From the NCBI GenBank assembly GCA_951406725.2, contig OX597820.1:15624001-15688000 (forward strand): DNA of 64,000 nucleotides. Direction: 5' to 3'. Under the pieces are notes generated by a model, which saw only the letters and a list, made by a program, of their open reading frames with translations, searched no databases and was not told the origin of the DNA. Positions 36,701-50,358 of the stretch are shown piece after piece; position 1 is the first letter of the stretch; each line of letters starts with the position of its first letter. A program made the position numbers and the translations under genes. The stretch is from Octopus vulgaris (taxonomy: Eukaryota).

Positions 36701-38796
36701 GAAGGACCTGACAGAGGAAGTTAACAAAAAATAAAACTGCTGCTCACTGCTTCTCCTTCTCATTACTTGTAGGTGAACGGGGACACTTCAGGTCTCATTT
36801 GTAAAACACAGAACCCAATATTGAAAAATTAGCAAATTATCAAGCAGGTTGATAATTTACTATATTTGATGGCATAAAAGATGCAAGGGCTTATTAGATG
36901 CACTTTGATTTCAGTAGCATGTATTCAGGTAAAATTTTTAGTGTATTAACACACGTAATATTTAAAGCAATTTAACAACACATACAAAAATATAGTACAA
37001 GTAATAATAATTCTTTCTACTGCAGGCACAAGACCTGAAATATTGGGGTGGGTGGATGGGGGAGGTGTACTAGTTGGTAACACTGAACCCAGTGCTTGAC
37101 TGGTGCTTATTTTATCAACCCCCAAAAAGATGAAAGGCAAAAATTGACCTTAGCCAAATTTGAGCTCAGAAAACATTAATGGATGAAATGCTAAGCATTT
37201 TTTCAAGGGCGCTGAGGATTCTGCCAGCTCATCACCATACAATGATGATAACAACAACAACTACAACAACAATAATAATGATAATAATAATAATATCATT
37301 ATTATATAAGCAAATATTATTATTATGGAATCAGGCCAAGCAGAAGAGATTAAAATTAGCCTACAGTAGTGAACATCAAGGACAAAAGTAGCATATGGGA
37401 GGCTCAGTTTCACATATAGGCTCAAGGGTGATTTTTTGAAACATTCTTTCATTTTTGAAACAGTCTTACATGCCATCAAATGCAATTGGTTTCATGGTTT
37501 TTAATTAAATGCATTTATTTCATATGTTTTTGTTTTGTAGTAATCAGTTCTATCCATGTTCATTGTTTAAAAATGAATTTGTATCAAAGTTATTAATTTT
37601 TTAATTACTTTAGAGTGTAATTACATAGATAATAATGACTTTCAACTTTCATGATAATTTATTGTATTTCTATAATTATTGAGTTAATTATTCTGGGAGA
37701 CAAACACAGACACAAAGACACACATATATGAACTTCTTTCAGTTTCTGTCTACCAAATCCACTTACAAGGTTTTGGTCAACCTAAGGCTACAGACACTTA
37801 TCCTAGGCGCCATACAATGGGACTGAACCCAGAACTATTTGGATGGAAAGCAAACTTCTTACCACACACAGCCATGCCTATGTACATATACAACTATATT
37901 TTGCAACATGTCTTTCTTTTGAATGATGGTTAAGCGTAATTTAAAAGATTTGTCTACTACTTCAAGCAGGTTGAACACTACTTAGAGACTCTCTCGTTGG
38001 TACATTGGCTGTTTTTGAGTGGTAATACAAATAAATATGTGGGTTGAATTGATGATTATGAACCACATGATTTGAACTTCTAATTGTTATCAAGTAAACA
38101 ATTGCAGTATTAAACAAATAATATAAATCATGTACAATCAAGATTTGCATAAGCAACAAAACATCAAACAGAATAGAGAACTAATTGGACAGTTGCATCA
38201 ACTATAAAAAAAATAGTTGGGTTTTAATATATAAATAAATAATAGTCTCAACTTGATCTATTTCCACCCACACATGCTCACACTTCTTTCCGTTGTTATC
38301 TAGAATTGTTCAAATAAATTTTAACTTTTTAGTTTTATGAAAGAAGCCTCATATAATATTCAAGTACAATAGAAGGAGTCACAAGCTTAAGAACAATTGG
38401 CAGCATAGTTTCCAAAATAAATTGCCTTTTGTTTTAATTGGGTTTCATAATAAAGCAATACAAAATTCTTGGAATGTTTTTGCTTTTTAAAAAAAAAGTC
38501 AATTTTTCATCTTTGCTTTCATAAAAATTAAAATAGGCATTTGACAACTAAAGGTTCCTTTACATGAGTTCTGCCTGTTTTCAATTAGACTGACTGCAGC
38601 ATTATTTAAGTAGTTATGTAATTTTTTACTTATTTATTTTTCTTGAGCTCTGGGACTCCTAAGGCTGATTACCTGGTGTACATGGTGTATAAGTGACCAA
38701 GATCACATTTTCTTGAAAAAGATACCAGTCCATCCTCAAAGTTCAAAGGCAACAATTTTGAGGAGGGGGGGGGGGGCAAGTCAATAACAACCCCAA

Positions 38797-39163
38797 AGTC
38801 CATCCCCTCCTCACCGTGGTGGGGATGCTGGCAACGGGTAGTGTCAGAGCTATGCCATCGGGAACTTCGGTTCCTGATAGGGTCACCCAAGGCGGATTGG
38901 TCTGACACCATGTGGTATTAGGGCCACAACCCGGCAGACAGGGCTCGGGGAAAATCCTCGGAGTGTCTGCTTCGACAACCGGTGGCTCCTCAGTCGTTCT
39001 GTCCCTGCGTCTGTGGACAATCTGCGGCAAACAGGATGTCTCCACATGCGGGATCGTTGGAGACCGCTTGTGAAATCCACATATTCCCACAAAACTTCTT
39101 CCATGAGTAGAAGAAGCCAACTCAACCCGCCCAGGGTGAATGTTGCCACAAGTACAAGTAAGT
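38797..39163 (+). mobile_element. Short internally deleted RTE-like retroelement inserted in a family B SINE
   Basis: gagctatgcc...agggtcacccaaggcgga resembles the RTE/BovB 5' UTR. It has an (acaagt/aagt) tandem tail and flanking AACCCCA repeats, and is GC- and CpG-rich. Confidence 0.55.
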
Positions 39164-39509
39164 AACCCCAGTACTTGATTGGTACTTTATAGTGACCCTG
39201 AAAGACTGAAAGGCAAATGTGACCTCGGTGGAATTTGAACTCAGAAATGCCAATTAGCATTTTGTCTGATGTACAATTCTGCCAGCTTGCAGACTCGGTT
39301 ATATAATTACAATTCCCTAAGGAAGTCTGATCATCCATACAGAGAGATCCTTTTGTTAGGGAAAGGAAGAATTGTGGGAAAATGGTTTGGGTGAATTTAA
39401 AATATCTCCAAGCTAAGAAGCTGATCCTAAAGTTTGACACAACTCAAGGATCAGCTAAAAATATTTAACTTTGTTATTTGGCTTGTTTAGTCCTTTGTAA
39501 CACTTAAAA

Positions 39510-42500
39510 CTGGTTCTTAACCAGGGGGCATCAGTAATTTCTAAGAGGAGCATGAACCCTTGAGAAAAAGCAGTAATTTCTCTAATTATATTTGTTATTC
39601 TCTTAATGAGAGCATGGTTAAATAATGAGAAAAATGCAGAAGTATTGCCTTATACCTTTAGTTTTCTTATTCTGCTATCTTAGTGTCACTTACCATTTTC
39701 TGTACTTATTGACCCCACTTCATATCCATCACAATCCTCACTAATTCTGAAGTGTAGCATTATCATTTGCCTTTATTTTGTAATTTTGTTTTATTACAAC
39801 AAAACTCGGGTTAAGAACTACTGATATAAAACTTAGATATTATTATCGTGTAAAGACAAACAACTTTTTCAGTTGATAGATTATAAACAAGTTTGATCCA
39901 CAGTTTCCATATATATGAAATAATGTGATTCTTAAAAATCAAGAGACATACTGAAACATTATCAAATCATTATACTAAGAAATATTAACTTAATTTTAAA
40001 AATTGAAAACTATTTTAAAATTTTAGCAAAATGATAAATATGATATATTTAAAAATAGGAAATAAAACAAAAAGTATGTAATAGGTTCTACTATTGCTCA
40101 ATTTAATAAAGTCTCAAAAAAATTAAAACACAGATTGAAAATATTAAAGATTTTAACAATAAAACCAACATTTTTAATATTAAATGTTTATGATAAAAAT
40201 TTAGTAAATTTTTTTGTAAGAAAAAATTTATATTATAAAGCCAAATGTTAAACTATGCAAAATTGTTTCTTATTTAAAGAAACTTTTTTTTATATATTTT
40301 CGAAATAAATACAATATTTTATCGTACAAGTAAATACAATATTTTATTGTACAAATTTTTCGTATAACTTTTCTTTTAATTTAACTTTTATTCCAAATTT
40401 TTTTGTTTTAATTTTTTTTCAGAACTTTTTACTCCAAGCATTCTAACTTGAGCCTTGACTTTACCTTACACGTGCCTTATCTTTTGTTCACATATTTGTG
40501 TTGTTCCTTGCACATCAAGTAATTCGCAATGTGAGCAAAGAAATGGAAGTATCTTGACAAATATATATTCGATTCAGATTCATATCCCTCCACAAGGGTG
40601 ACACAGAAGTCCCCCAGTGTGTGATATGTTACAAAACTTTGAGCAATGATGGAATGCGACCCTCACACTTGGAACACCACTTGAGGACAACACATCCTGC
40701 TCTTGCTGTCAACCCCAAGGCATTCTTTGAAATAAAAAAAACATTCCTTGAAGCAAGTGAAGTTGGACAGTAATGGGGCTTTTCAGCAACAAATTTCAAT
40801 GGTTGTTGAGGCTTCCTATAAGATCGCCATGTTGATTGCAAAGAACAAGAGCTATAACATCGGAGAGCCTCTCATAAAACCAAATCTACTCCGTGCAGCA
40901 GAACTTGTTCTAGAGAAAGACAGTGCAAACAAGCCTTCTCAGATTTCACTATCAAATGATACAGTCAAGGGAAGGATTGATGACTTGTCTCAAGACACCA
41001 AAAATCAAATTCTTGACCAAGTGAGAGATTCTCCTTTTTTTGCCATCCAGCGTGACAAAACAACAGAGATTGCTCAGCTACTGGCATATGTTCATTTTGT
41101 ATCAGGCAACTGTGTAAAAGAGGAAATGTTCTGTCACCCAATGGATAGTTGTACAGCAGCAGCTATTTTTCGTGGTGTATCAAACTTCTTTCAGGAAAAC
41201 TAACTTTCATGGGATTCGCTGGTAGGGGTGCGCACTGATGGAGCTCCAGCCATGCTTGGTCTGCAGTCTAGATTCATTACTAGGGTGAGAGAAAAAATCC
41301 ATCTGTTGTAGGTACACACTGCATACTTCATCTTGAAGATTTAGCATCCAGGACCTTACCTACTGAAATGAGAAATGTCCTGAACATGGCTATCAAGGTT
41401 GTCAACTTTGTTAAAGATAGAGCCTTAAACAGTCGCCTTTTCAAACTGTTGTCTAAAGATATGGAATCTGAACATGAAGCATTGCTTTTTCACACGAACA
41501 TACAATGGCTATCAAAAGGGAACATGCTTGGACGGCTTTATGAACTACGAGAAGAAGTAGCTATATTTCTAGATTTGCAACAGAAAGCAGATCTCCATGA
41601 CAAGTTCCAGTCTGAAGGCTTTCAGCTATCTCTAGCTTACCTGGTGGACATCTTCGAAGCGTTGAATGCTTTCGACCTTAAACTACAAGAGAAAAACATC
41701 AACATTCTCATGCACCACGACACCATTCGAACCTTCATGGCCAAACTCGACCTCTGGAAATGTCAAATTCAGTAGGGAAATACAGCCAGTTTTAGTTACT
41801 TGGATTCTGCTCTCATTCATGGTAGCCTTGATTCTGAGTTAAAGAAACAAATAATCACTCATCTAACTGACTTGGAAACAGAATTCATCAGATAGTCCCC
41901 AGATATAGATGAAAAGCATGAAGCTTGGAAATTCATCAGTGTGAAGTGACTGAGGTTTTGAATGAAGTGCAAGAGGAATTTCTTGAGCTGAAGTTCAACC
42001 CCCCAGCTAAGGAACTGGATCTTGAAATGTTCTGGATCAAGTACCTTCCTGTTTATCCTCTGATCTCACATCAGGCTCTTTGGATTTTATCTATGTTTGG
42101 GTCCATGTATCTTTGTGAAGTTTCATTTTCTACACTCATTGCTGTCAAGACCACATACAGAAACAGGTTGAATGTTGAAAGGGACTTACTTTGAGCACTC
42201 TCTGGTATTCAACCACACTTTCTGGACCTTGTAGCTAAGAAGCAGTGTCAAGTATCTCATTAATAATGTGACTAATTCATATTCAATTTTAAAAAAACTG
42301 GGTTTTTTTTTGCTAAGAAGCAGTGTCAAGTATCTGATTTTTTGTATAATGTGATTATATATAAAATTATACATATTTTGTATAATGTGACTAATTCATA
42401 TTCAATAAAAAGACTAAAAACATATTTTAGAATGTATCTAAAATCTGAGAGGGAATTTTATTCATAGATACAAGATGGGGATGGAGAGGACAAATTCCTA

Positions 42501-42536
42501 GGGGAGGCATGGTAGTAAAAAGGTTAAGAACCACTG
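39510..42536 (+). mobile_element. Full-length hAT (Buster/Charlie) DNA transposon, inactivated
   Basis: TIRs c[ag]tggttcttaacc / ggttaagaaccactg, 8-bp TSD ACTTAAAA (39502-39509 and 42537-42544, central TA), and an internal transposase. Confidence 0.88.
40530..42262 (+). pseudogene. hAT/Buster transposase (ZBED8/SCAND3-like) with stops and frameshifts
   Basis: BED finger PQCVICYKTLSNDGMRPSHLEHHLRTTHP, then LSNDTVKGRI, TDGAPAMLG, THCILH, LLFHTNIQWLSKG, LAYLVDIF and the dimerisation motif FGSMYLCEVSFSTL...YRNRLNVE. Confidence 0.92.
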
Positions 42537-44559
42537 ACTTAAAACATGTATAAGTTTGGAGCTATTAGACCAAAATTTTCCAAGACCTGAATTTAAAACA
42601 CAAATCTAGTTTTCTAAAAATTGAAGTCTTACAAAATGTAAATACTGTTATGGTAAAACTGATTTTTAATAATTTTGGCAGCAGAATATGGTTATTCTTC
42701 CAATTCTGCTTCTATTCAAATTTCCAATTGCTTTTTTACCAATACATATGTAGCAATGTGATAGACATTTTTAGTTCTAAAAAACAATGAAAGAATCATC
42801 ATCAATTTAGCATCCATTTGTCAGTGTAAGTTCAGAGATTTCAACAAATTTCCCTATACATATCAATCGACCACAAAGTTCAGTATTTGTTGCAATATGC
42901 CTCAACAACTCTGAGAGCCATGCCAGCTCCTGGTAGGACCCACCATGCATGATAGGTTAATGGATAGAGGATTGAATAATATGGCCAACCTCTTCCCAGA
43001 GGTAAGAATGGATTTGCATTCGCATAGGACCAACACCCCATCCCTAGAAAAAAGCAATTACAGAAGCATTAAATAACAATTAAAAACCAACAAGAGGTGG
43101 AGAGGACAACCCACAGAAAGACATTGAAGAGAAGTCATTGATGGCATATTTTCCATAGGGAGCAAAAGATATACTAAGTAATACATACCAATACTGTTTT
43201 ATCTGCCTTACGAAACTCAGTGTTTTCATATTTGAACGGACACCTTCCAGAGTCATCTTTGATCTACTTCTACTGTGAGTACTCTCCACCACCAAATCAA
43301 TACACTTCTTAATGCAGCATGAGTCATGAATTTGTTATATAAGATGAAACCAGCATAATTTTTCCTACACACATCACCCAATACTTTTGATGCCATCTAT
43401 CTACATCATCCGCATCATCATTTTAATGTCCACTTTTCCATGCTTGCATCAGCTAGACAGGTTTTTTGAGGAAGACTTTTCTACAGCTGGATGCCTTTAA
43501 TGTCACCAACCCTCAACTGTTTCCATGCAACATAATACTTCCCCATAGATATGTTTTCACAGAAATGAATGATACTGCTCGTTTGACAATGACACTCACA
43601 ACTATCATGCAATGTCAAAACAACACACACACACACACACACACACATAGATGACAAGCTTCTTTCAGTTTCCATCCACCAGATTCCCAATCCACCCACA
43701 AGACCTTGGTCAACCTAGGGCTATAGTAGAAGACACTTGCCCCAGGTGCTTTATAAAATAAAACTCCTTATCTAACTGACCTTCTCTCAGATTACTCCTT
43801 TCCAATCACAACAATCCTTCTGTATTTACTGCATATATTTTACTTCCTATAAATATCTCGTGTAGTCCGTCTTTTCACAGAAATCAAACCACTTTGTTAC
43901 CCATTGAAATAACAGCTCCTTACTCTCTGAATATTCACACCATTTGCTTGTTGTATACATCACTATAATTACTACTTAAGGAAGCAGAACAAATCTATTT
44001 CAAGCCAGCCAGCTGACCTATCTATAGCCTACAGTTTATAACTACTCCAGTCAGTTACTTTTGTGAAAAAAACACCAAATTTCTGTAAAAATTGTCAGGA
44101 CAGACTTCTCTGTATTAACCTTCTACTACTTACTTCCTGCGTAATGAGGAATGCTTGCTGCCCAAATGCTGCTAGATTTGTTTATCTGGTCTTGTACATT
44201 AGTGCTTTGCATGTCAAAATTTATCAGCTGGTCTCCAGTACATTTGCAAATTGAACCCACTTATAAATATACAAAAGATTATTTTGCTTCTCTTCCTGGT
44301 TTCTAGATATTATTGACAGTCACTTTTCTCTTCATTCTTTCCTAAGTAGTCAAATATTGTACAGCCTTCTCTACTATGCTATTATTCTATCACCATATAG
44401 ACTTCTTGTGTAAGCTACCCTCTCAGGAGAAGGGGAACTTCAAGATGGAGATAGCTAGCAACTAGATATGTGCAATGATAGAACATATATACATATGCAT
44501 TTATACATACATATATGATAGAACATATATATATATATGCATATATACATACATATATG

Positions 44560-45200
44560 TACAGACCTACATATATATGTATATATACATGCATATATGG
44601 GTACAGGACATCAAAAAACATTGAACACGATGAGAAACGAAAACATAAAAACAAAAACATAGAAAACGAACTTGTTGTTCGAACAACAAAAAAAACAAAC
44701 AGATAAATGAGACATGCAACATAAAGAATATCCCCCTTCATCAGTTGTCCCTGTTTCATCTACTCCACATTTCGAAGATAAGGACAATATGCACCTTCAT
44801 TGAAACAGTCCTTCCCGCAAAGCAAATTAAATAAAATTTGGGATTTTTTGCGGCGGGTGAAAGTGGTAACAAGAAGAGAACAGTGAGAACAAGAGAGTAA
44901 AAACAAATGGTGAGGCCTGTTGAGCCAAGACGATAGAAAAATTATTATGAATGCTAGGAGGACGAGCTATGAGAGGAGACAGGTATAAGTACATCTTGTC
45001 TTTAGAAAGGAAATGGACAGAAATATAGATTCCCTTTCATCACGTGTCAGCGACGAGAGAGTCAAGGAGGAAGAGTGAGAGAGAGGGAACAATGAAGAGG
45101 AGAAGAGAAGAATAGGGAAGGGTGGGAGAGAAAACCCAAAAAGGATGAAGAACAAGAGAGGGAGAGAGATAAACAGAGAAGAGATAGCAGAGATAGAAGA
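44560..45200 (-). mobile_element. Penelope-like repeat fragment
   Basis: Shares cagggacaactgatgaagggg and flanking sequence with 23500-23750. Confidence 0.45.
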
Positions 45201-45299
45201 GTGCGCATCATCATTATATATATATATATACAGAGAGAGAGAGAGAGAGAGAAACTAAATTGGCCAGTGGTTTCTACTCAATTGTATGCTTAATCTGGT

Positions 45300-45570
45300 G
45301 TAGAATTATAAAAAATATTTCAGGCATTGAAGCAAAATCTGGAATCAAAAGGGCTCAAAGTTAATTTAACAAAAACCCATATTTTAGTAAGCAGGAAAGT
45401 AGACAGGACTTCACTTTGATCAGGGAAATGGCCTTGCTTGATAGGTAGAAGAGGAGTAAGCAGAAATTCCATACAATGTATCCAATGAAAACTAATGACA
45501 CAAGAGATGCAGGCAGGTTAACATAGAAAGTAGACTTTGTATGTGGCAGATGTGCAAGTGTAATAAACCC
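45300..45570 (+). mobile_element. Decayed RTE LINE RT/Cys-rich fragment
   Basis: KQNLESKGLKVNLTKT and GKWPCLIGRRGVSRNSIQC, motifs found after the RT core of RTE elements. Confidence 0.7.
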
Positions 45571-45801
45571 TTGTACTAGTTTGAGGGAGATCTGGTTGTT
45601 ATTTTTAGCAGGGGATTTTAAGGAGAGGATTCGTTACCAGAGTAAGCAGATTCTGATCACAACAGAGGTAAGCAAAGTGAACTTGGTCCAAGCATGGCAG
45701 TTGCTGATTCATTCTCAGTATCTTAGCTCATCATTTTAGGTTGATGATGCAATTATTGCAGCTGATGTTTTTGTGCATGCATCTTTTTGTCTAGACTGAG
45801 T

Positions 45802-46125
45802 CATCATCATCATCATTTAACATCTGCTTTCCATGGTAGCATGGGTTGGACAATTTGACTGAGTACTGACGAACCAGATGGCTGCGCCAGGCTCCAATCT
45901 GATCTGGCAGAGTTTCTACAGCTGGATGACCTTCCTAACGCCAACCACTCTGAGAGTGTAGTGGGTGCTTTTACATGCCACCGGCATGAGGGCCAGTCTG
46001 GCTGTACAGGCAACGGCCACGCTCAAAATGGTGTTTTTTTACATGCCACCTGCACAGGAGTCAGTCCAGTGGCACTGGCAACGACCTCGCTCGAATGTTT
46101 TGTTCATGTGCCAGTAAGGCAACAC
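45802..46125 (-). mobile_element. Family D SINE
   Basis: Closely similar to 30825-31160. Confidence 0.8.
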
Positions 46126-47154
46126 TTGTTGAAAGTAATAATGTCTTTAGCATGCTGGAAAAGCAGAGACAGCTAGAATTTATGCTACCAAAGGAAATCC
46201 TAGGGCTTACTGTTTGTATGAAAAACACAACATATATAAATAAAAGTACCAACACCAAAAATGCCACCCAAAGTAGACCATTCTTTGTCTCCTTTACCTA
46301 CACTAATGTGCAATAATGTTCTATAGACCAGATGCCTATTTAGAGCAATTATGCTTGTAGTAGCAATGATGGTGAGAAATGGAGCTTGCTGCAGTATCAA
46401 ACTGTATTCCTTGTGTATCCAGATGTTCTTCCCATGTTTTTAGTATCACCTTCAAACTTCACAGTCTTAAATTAGTTCAAATATCAAAATAAAATTAGAA
46501 CAATGATATGCTATGAAATATATTGTACAAACAAAATAATGGTTTTTTTTCTATTGTATGTTGGACACATGATATGTTGTCTGTCTTCCTATTTGATGAG
46601 ACACATGTGTCATACTTAGTATATCTAATATCCCATTAGTGTATTTATTTCTTTTCTCTCTTGGTGCTTACTTTTCTCCTCTTTCTTTCTCTACCTCTTT
46701 TAGTAACGTCTCCTGCTAGTAACTCTCTCTCCAGCACCCCCTCAAACCACCTTTTATTTCCTCTTACTCACCCTTGGTTTCTAAATGCACAAACACACAT
46801 TTACATGGTCACTCAGCCTGCTAGAAATAGCAGGCAAATTCCCATCAACCCATACCTTACAGTCCCAGGTACCTTAACTGAAAGTAAGACGATAATGGCC
46901 ATGGTTGAGACTTCAGACCATAGGTTTGATAAATAACAATAACACCACATTTAATTTCATAAACTTGAAAGATGAATATATTCCAGTATGATAGTGAATC
47001 TTAAACAAATCTATGTCATACATGATGTACCTCCTCCTCTTCTTCTATATACCTGAGACGTATGTCACATAAATGTATTTATAAAACAGTTTAGGTCAAA
47101 TCGTTAAAAAATTACAGAGGATATCTTTCAAATGATAAACAATATAATGTTGTT

Positions 47155-47525
47155 GTTTGTTCCTTCTCAAGCCACACTTGGCTTATAAGGGCTAGTTTCC
47201 TGGTGTATAGGTTCCCCACCTGGATGGGACACTGGTCCGTCACATCATCATCATCATTGTTCGACCGTGGTCGAGACAATGGAATTTACCATGCTACGCC
47301 AGACTTCACGGTCCATCACGGTCCGTCACAGGTGAGCTGCAAGATGCAGGAGGAAAGAGTAAGAGAAAGTTGTGGCGAAAGAGTCAGCAGAAGTCTGCCA
47401 TTACCTTCTGCCAGAGCCGTGTGGAGCTTAGGTGTTTCGATCATAAACACACACATCACCCGGTCTGAGATTCGAACCCGCGATACCGAGTCCGCTGCTC
47501 TAACCACTAGGCCATGTGTCTCCAC
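47155..47525 (-). mobile_element. Family C SINE containing a 75-bp RTE 3'-end insertion (47245-47319)
   Basis: The insert matches the reverse complement of ~7598-7672, with TSD GGTCCGTCACA at 47234-47244 and 47320-47330. Confidence 0.85.
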
Positions 47526-50004
47526 AAACAATATAATGCAGTGTTTTTTTTTTGCTATTCTTTTCTTGTTTTATTTTCTTTGCATGATTAGACTGGTATT
47601 TTATATTCCTAGTACTTAAAGTTAAAAATATAAACTCGGTCATTCTATGAAAATTTAAAATCTGCTTTCCAAAATAGCACCCTGGAGAGACATATCTTTG
47701 TGTAAACCAGACCAGATACTCACAGACTTCTAAGAGAGAAAGTACAGCACTAAGAGGCTTAGAATATTGTATTGCGAATACATCCTACATATTATCACTC
47801 ACACACACACACAATTTCACAATGGAGATATTGGATGCTATTAAAGCACCCTGTCATAAAATATCTGTGCCAAATGTTCAAATTTTTAGAACCATTCCAC
47901 TTGTTTGAGTATGGGAAAACTGCTGCAGGATACATCTCTCTCTCTCTCTTTCTCTCATCAAATAGGTGTGGTTGTTTCTGAATAAAATGTGACAAACTAC
48001 TATGCTCTCACTGCAATGTGTAATATTTCTCACTGCTCAGAGAGAAAATTACTCCAAGTATAAAACATGTTACTAATTTGGATCAGTACATTGGACTAAC
48101 ATTGGTAAAATACAGTCCTTGGTACGACTGACCATACTATGCAAACATAAACATTTATCAAACTAAACGATAACTTCAAGCTTATAAATGTACATCAAAC
48201 TAAACTAAGTTGTTTTAACGAGTTTACTTACCTGACTGATCTCAAATCACTGTTAGTAATCAAACTTTCACTGTAACCTTTTATAAACAGGTGCGAGCAC
48301 GGAAAACTGACGTTAAACGATGATGATGATGATGATGATGTGCAGGAATTTTCATATAATTTTATGCTATATTTTTATAGAGTATATTTTTGTTTGTTTT
48401 TAATATAAATGAAGTTTTAAAAAAACTTCTCTGTGAAATACAAGTTGGCTTGTGTTTCTCTTAACTTTACTTTGAAGTAACAAGGAAGTTAAAAAAAAAA
48501 AAGACAGTAGCTATAGCAATTAACTTCACTAATTACTTGAAAATTAACACCTGTATTTTCCATTGTACTTTGAGAGAGTAAAAAAACACCTTATTAAATG
48601 ACTGTTCTTTGTGTTTTGAAACACCGCCAAAGTCCAAAGAACTTTTGTAACTATTTGTAAAGAAACAGGAGGTACATTTGCATTTGATTAATTCAAATAT
48701 TAAGTTTTAGAAAATTACATTGCATTATCAAAAGTTAGAAATACATACTTTTAAAATGAAATCTCTTTAAAAAAGAAATCACATGTTTGCCATAACAGCT
48801 TCTTTTCCCATAGTTTTTTTAAAGTACAAGCTGGTTCTTGACAGATTCTTTGATCCACAGGAACAGTTACATTAAGCTTTACTGAGAAGATCCAATAAGA
48901 CTGAAACATGTCAAGACATATCCCTGCATGACTAAAGATGTTTTATTCCCTACTGCATTCTGTATTTTAAAATTATGGAGTGGTCTCTTTGTTTTCTATT
49001 TTTATTTATTTATCAGGATTAGTCATTTAAAAAAAATGACTGTTTTTATCACCAATGATTTGATTATTTAGAGCTAGTATACTTTTCCTGCCAACTAAAA
49101 ACTATCTGGGTTACAGTTTCAATGTTTATTATAGTTAAAATGAAGTTTCTGAGAAAATGTGAGCCCATAACCTTCGTCTACTAAACCACCAGCCTACTGC
49201 AAAATAAGCTTACAGGTTAACTAAACAGAACACCCAACATTTTATTTTAATAATTGCTTAGATTTAAAGAATCTCACAATATTTCACCACTTTTGAAGGC
49301 AGCAAGCTGACAGAATCATTAGCACACAGGGTAAAATGCTTAACAGTATTTTGTCTGACTTTGCATTCAGAGTTCCAATTCCATTGAAACTGACTTTGCT
49401 TTTTATTTTTTCGCGATTGATAAAATAAGTACCAGTTGAGCACTAAGGTCAATGTAATCAACTTACTCCCTCCCCTAAAATTACTGGCCTTGTGCCTAAA
49501 TTTGAAACCAATATTTCACCACTTTAGTAGAGAGTTATGTATATGTGCATATTTTAATAAGTGTTACTGCAGTAAGATATGTTGTTGTTCTTTAGCCTTG
49601 GGTCAGTCCTGGTTAAATAGACCTAAGAATTTACCAAAGAATAGGGAAGACAGAAAGAATTAAGTAAAATCTGAAAATGAACATGTCCCGGACTAAGGCA
49701 GATGCCATAAAAGATCAATTTCAGGGACATGGACTTATTTGGTACGAAGAAAAGAAGTATGATGTATGATCAACGTCATTACTATGGAAGCCAATACAAG
49801 GAATGGATACCCAAGGTGGAGCAGACAAAATGGAAAACAAGGTTTAGCATGTACTAGCATTGCTAGTATACTATGCTTTGACAGCAGAAGGGAAGTTTCC
49901 TCAACAAGATGATATAGTTAAGCTCAAGTGTGTAAAATGTAATACCTACAAATAAGAATGGAAGGATGTTATTTATAAAAGTAATGTAAGCAAACATAAT
50001 AACT

Positions 50005-50358
50005 TTTATTCTTTTATTTGTTTCAGTCAGTTGACTGCGGCCATGCTGGAGCACCGCCTTTAGTCAAGCAAATCGACCCCAGGACTTATTCTTTGTAAGC
50101 TTAGTACTTATTCTATCGGTCTCTTTTGTCGAACCAGCATCGGATGTCAAGTGATGTTGGGGGGACAAACACAGACACAAACATACACACACACACACAT
50201 ATACGACAGGCTTCTTTCAGTTTCCGTCTACCAAATCCACTCACAAGGCTTTGGTCGGCCCGAGGCTATAGTAGAAGACACTTGCTCAAGGTGCCATGCA
50301 ATGGGACTGAACCCGGAACCATGTGGTTGGCAAGCTAGCTACTTACCACACAGCCACT
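50005..50358 (-). mobile_element. Family A SINE
   Basis: High identity to the family A copies. Confidence 0.85.

Noticed and set aside
38883-39440. Longest ORF in the track (185 aa)
   Set aside because: It spans a SINE and the antisense strand of a retroelement insert, with no recognisable domain.
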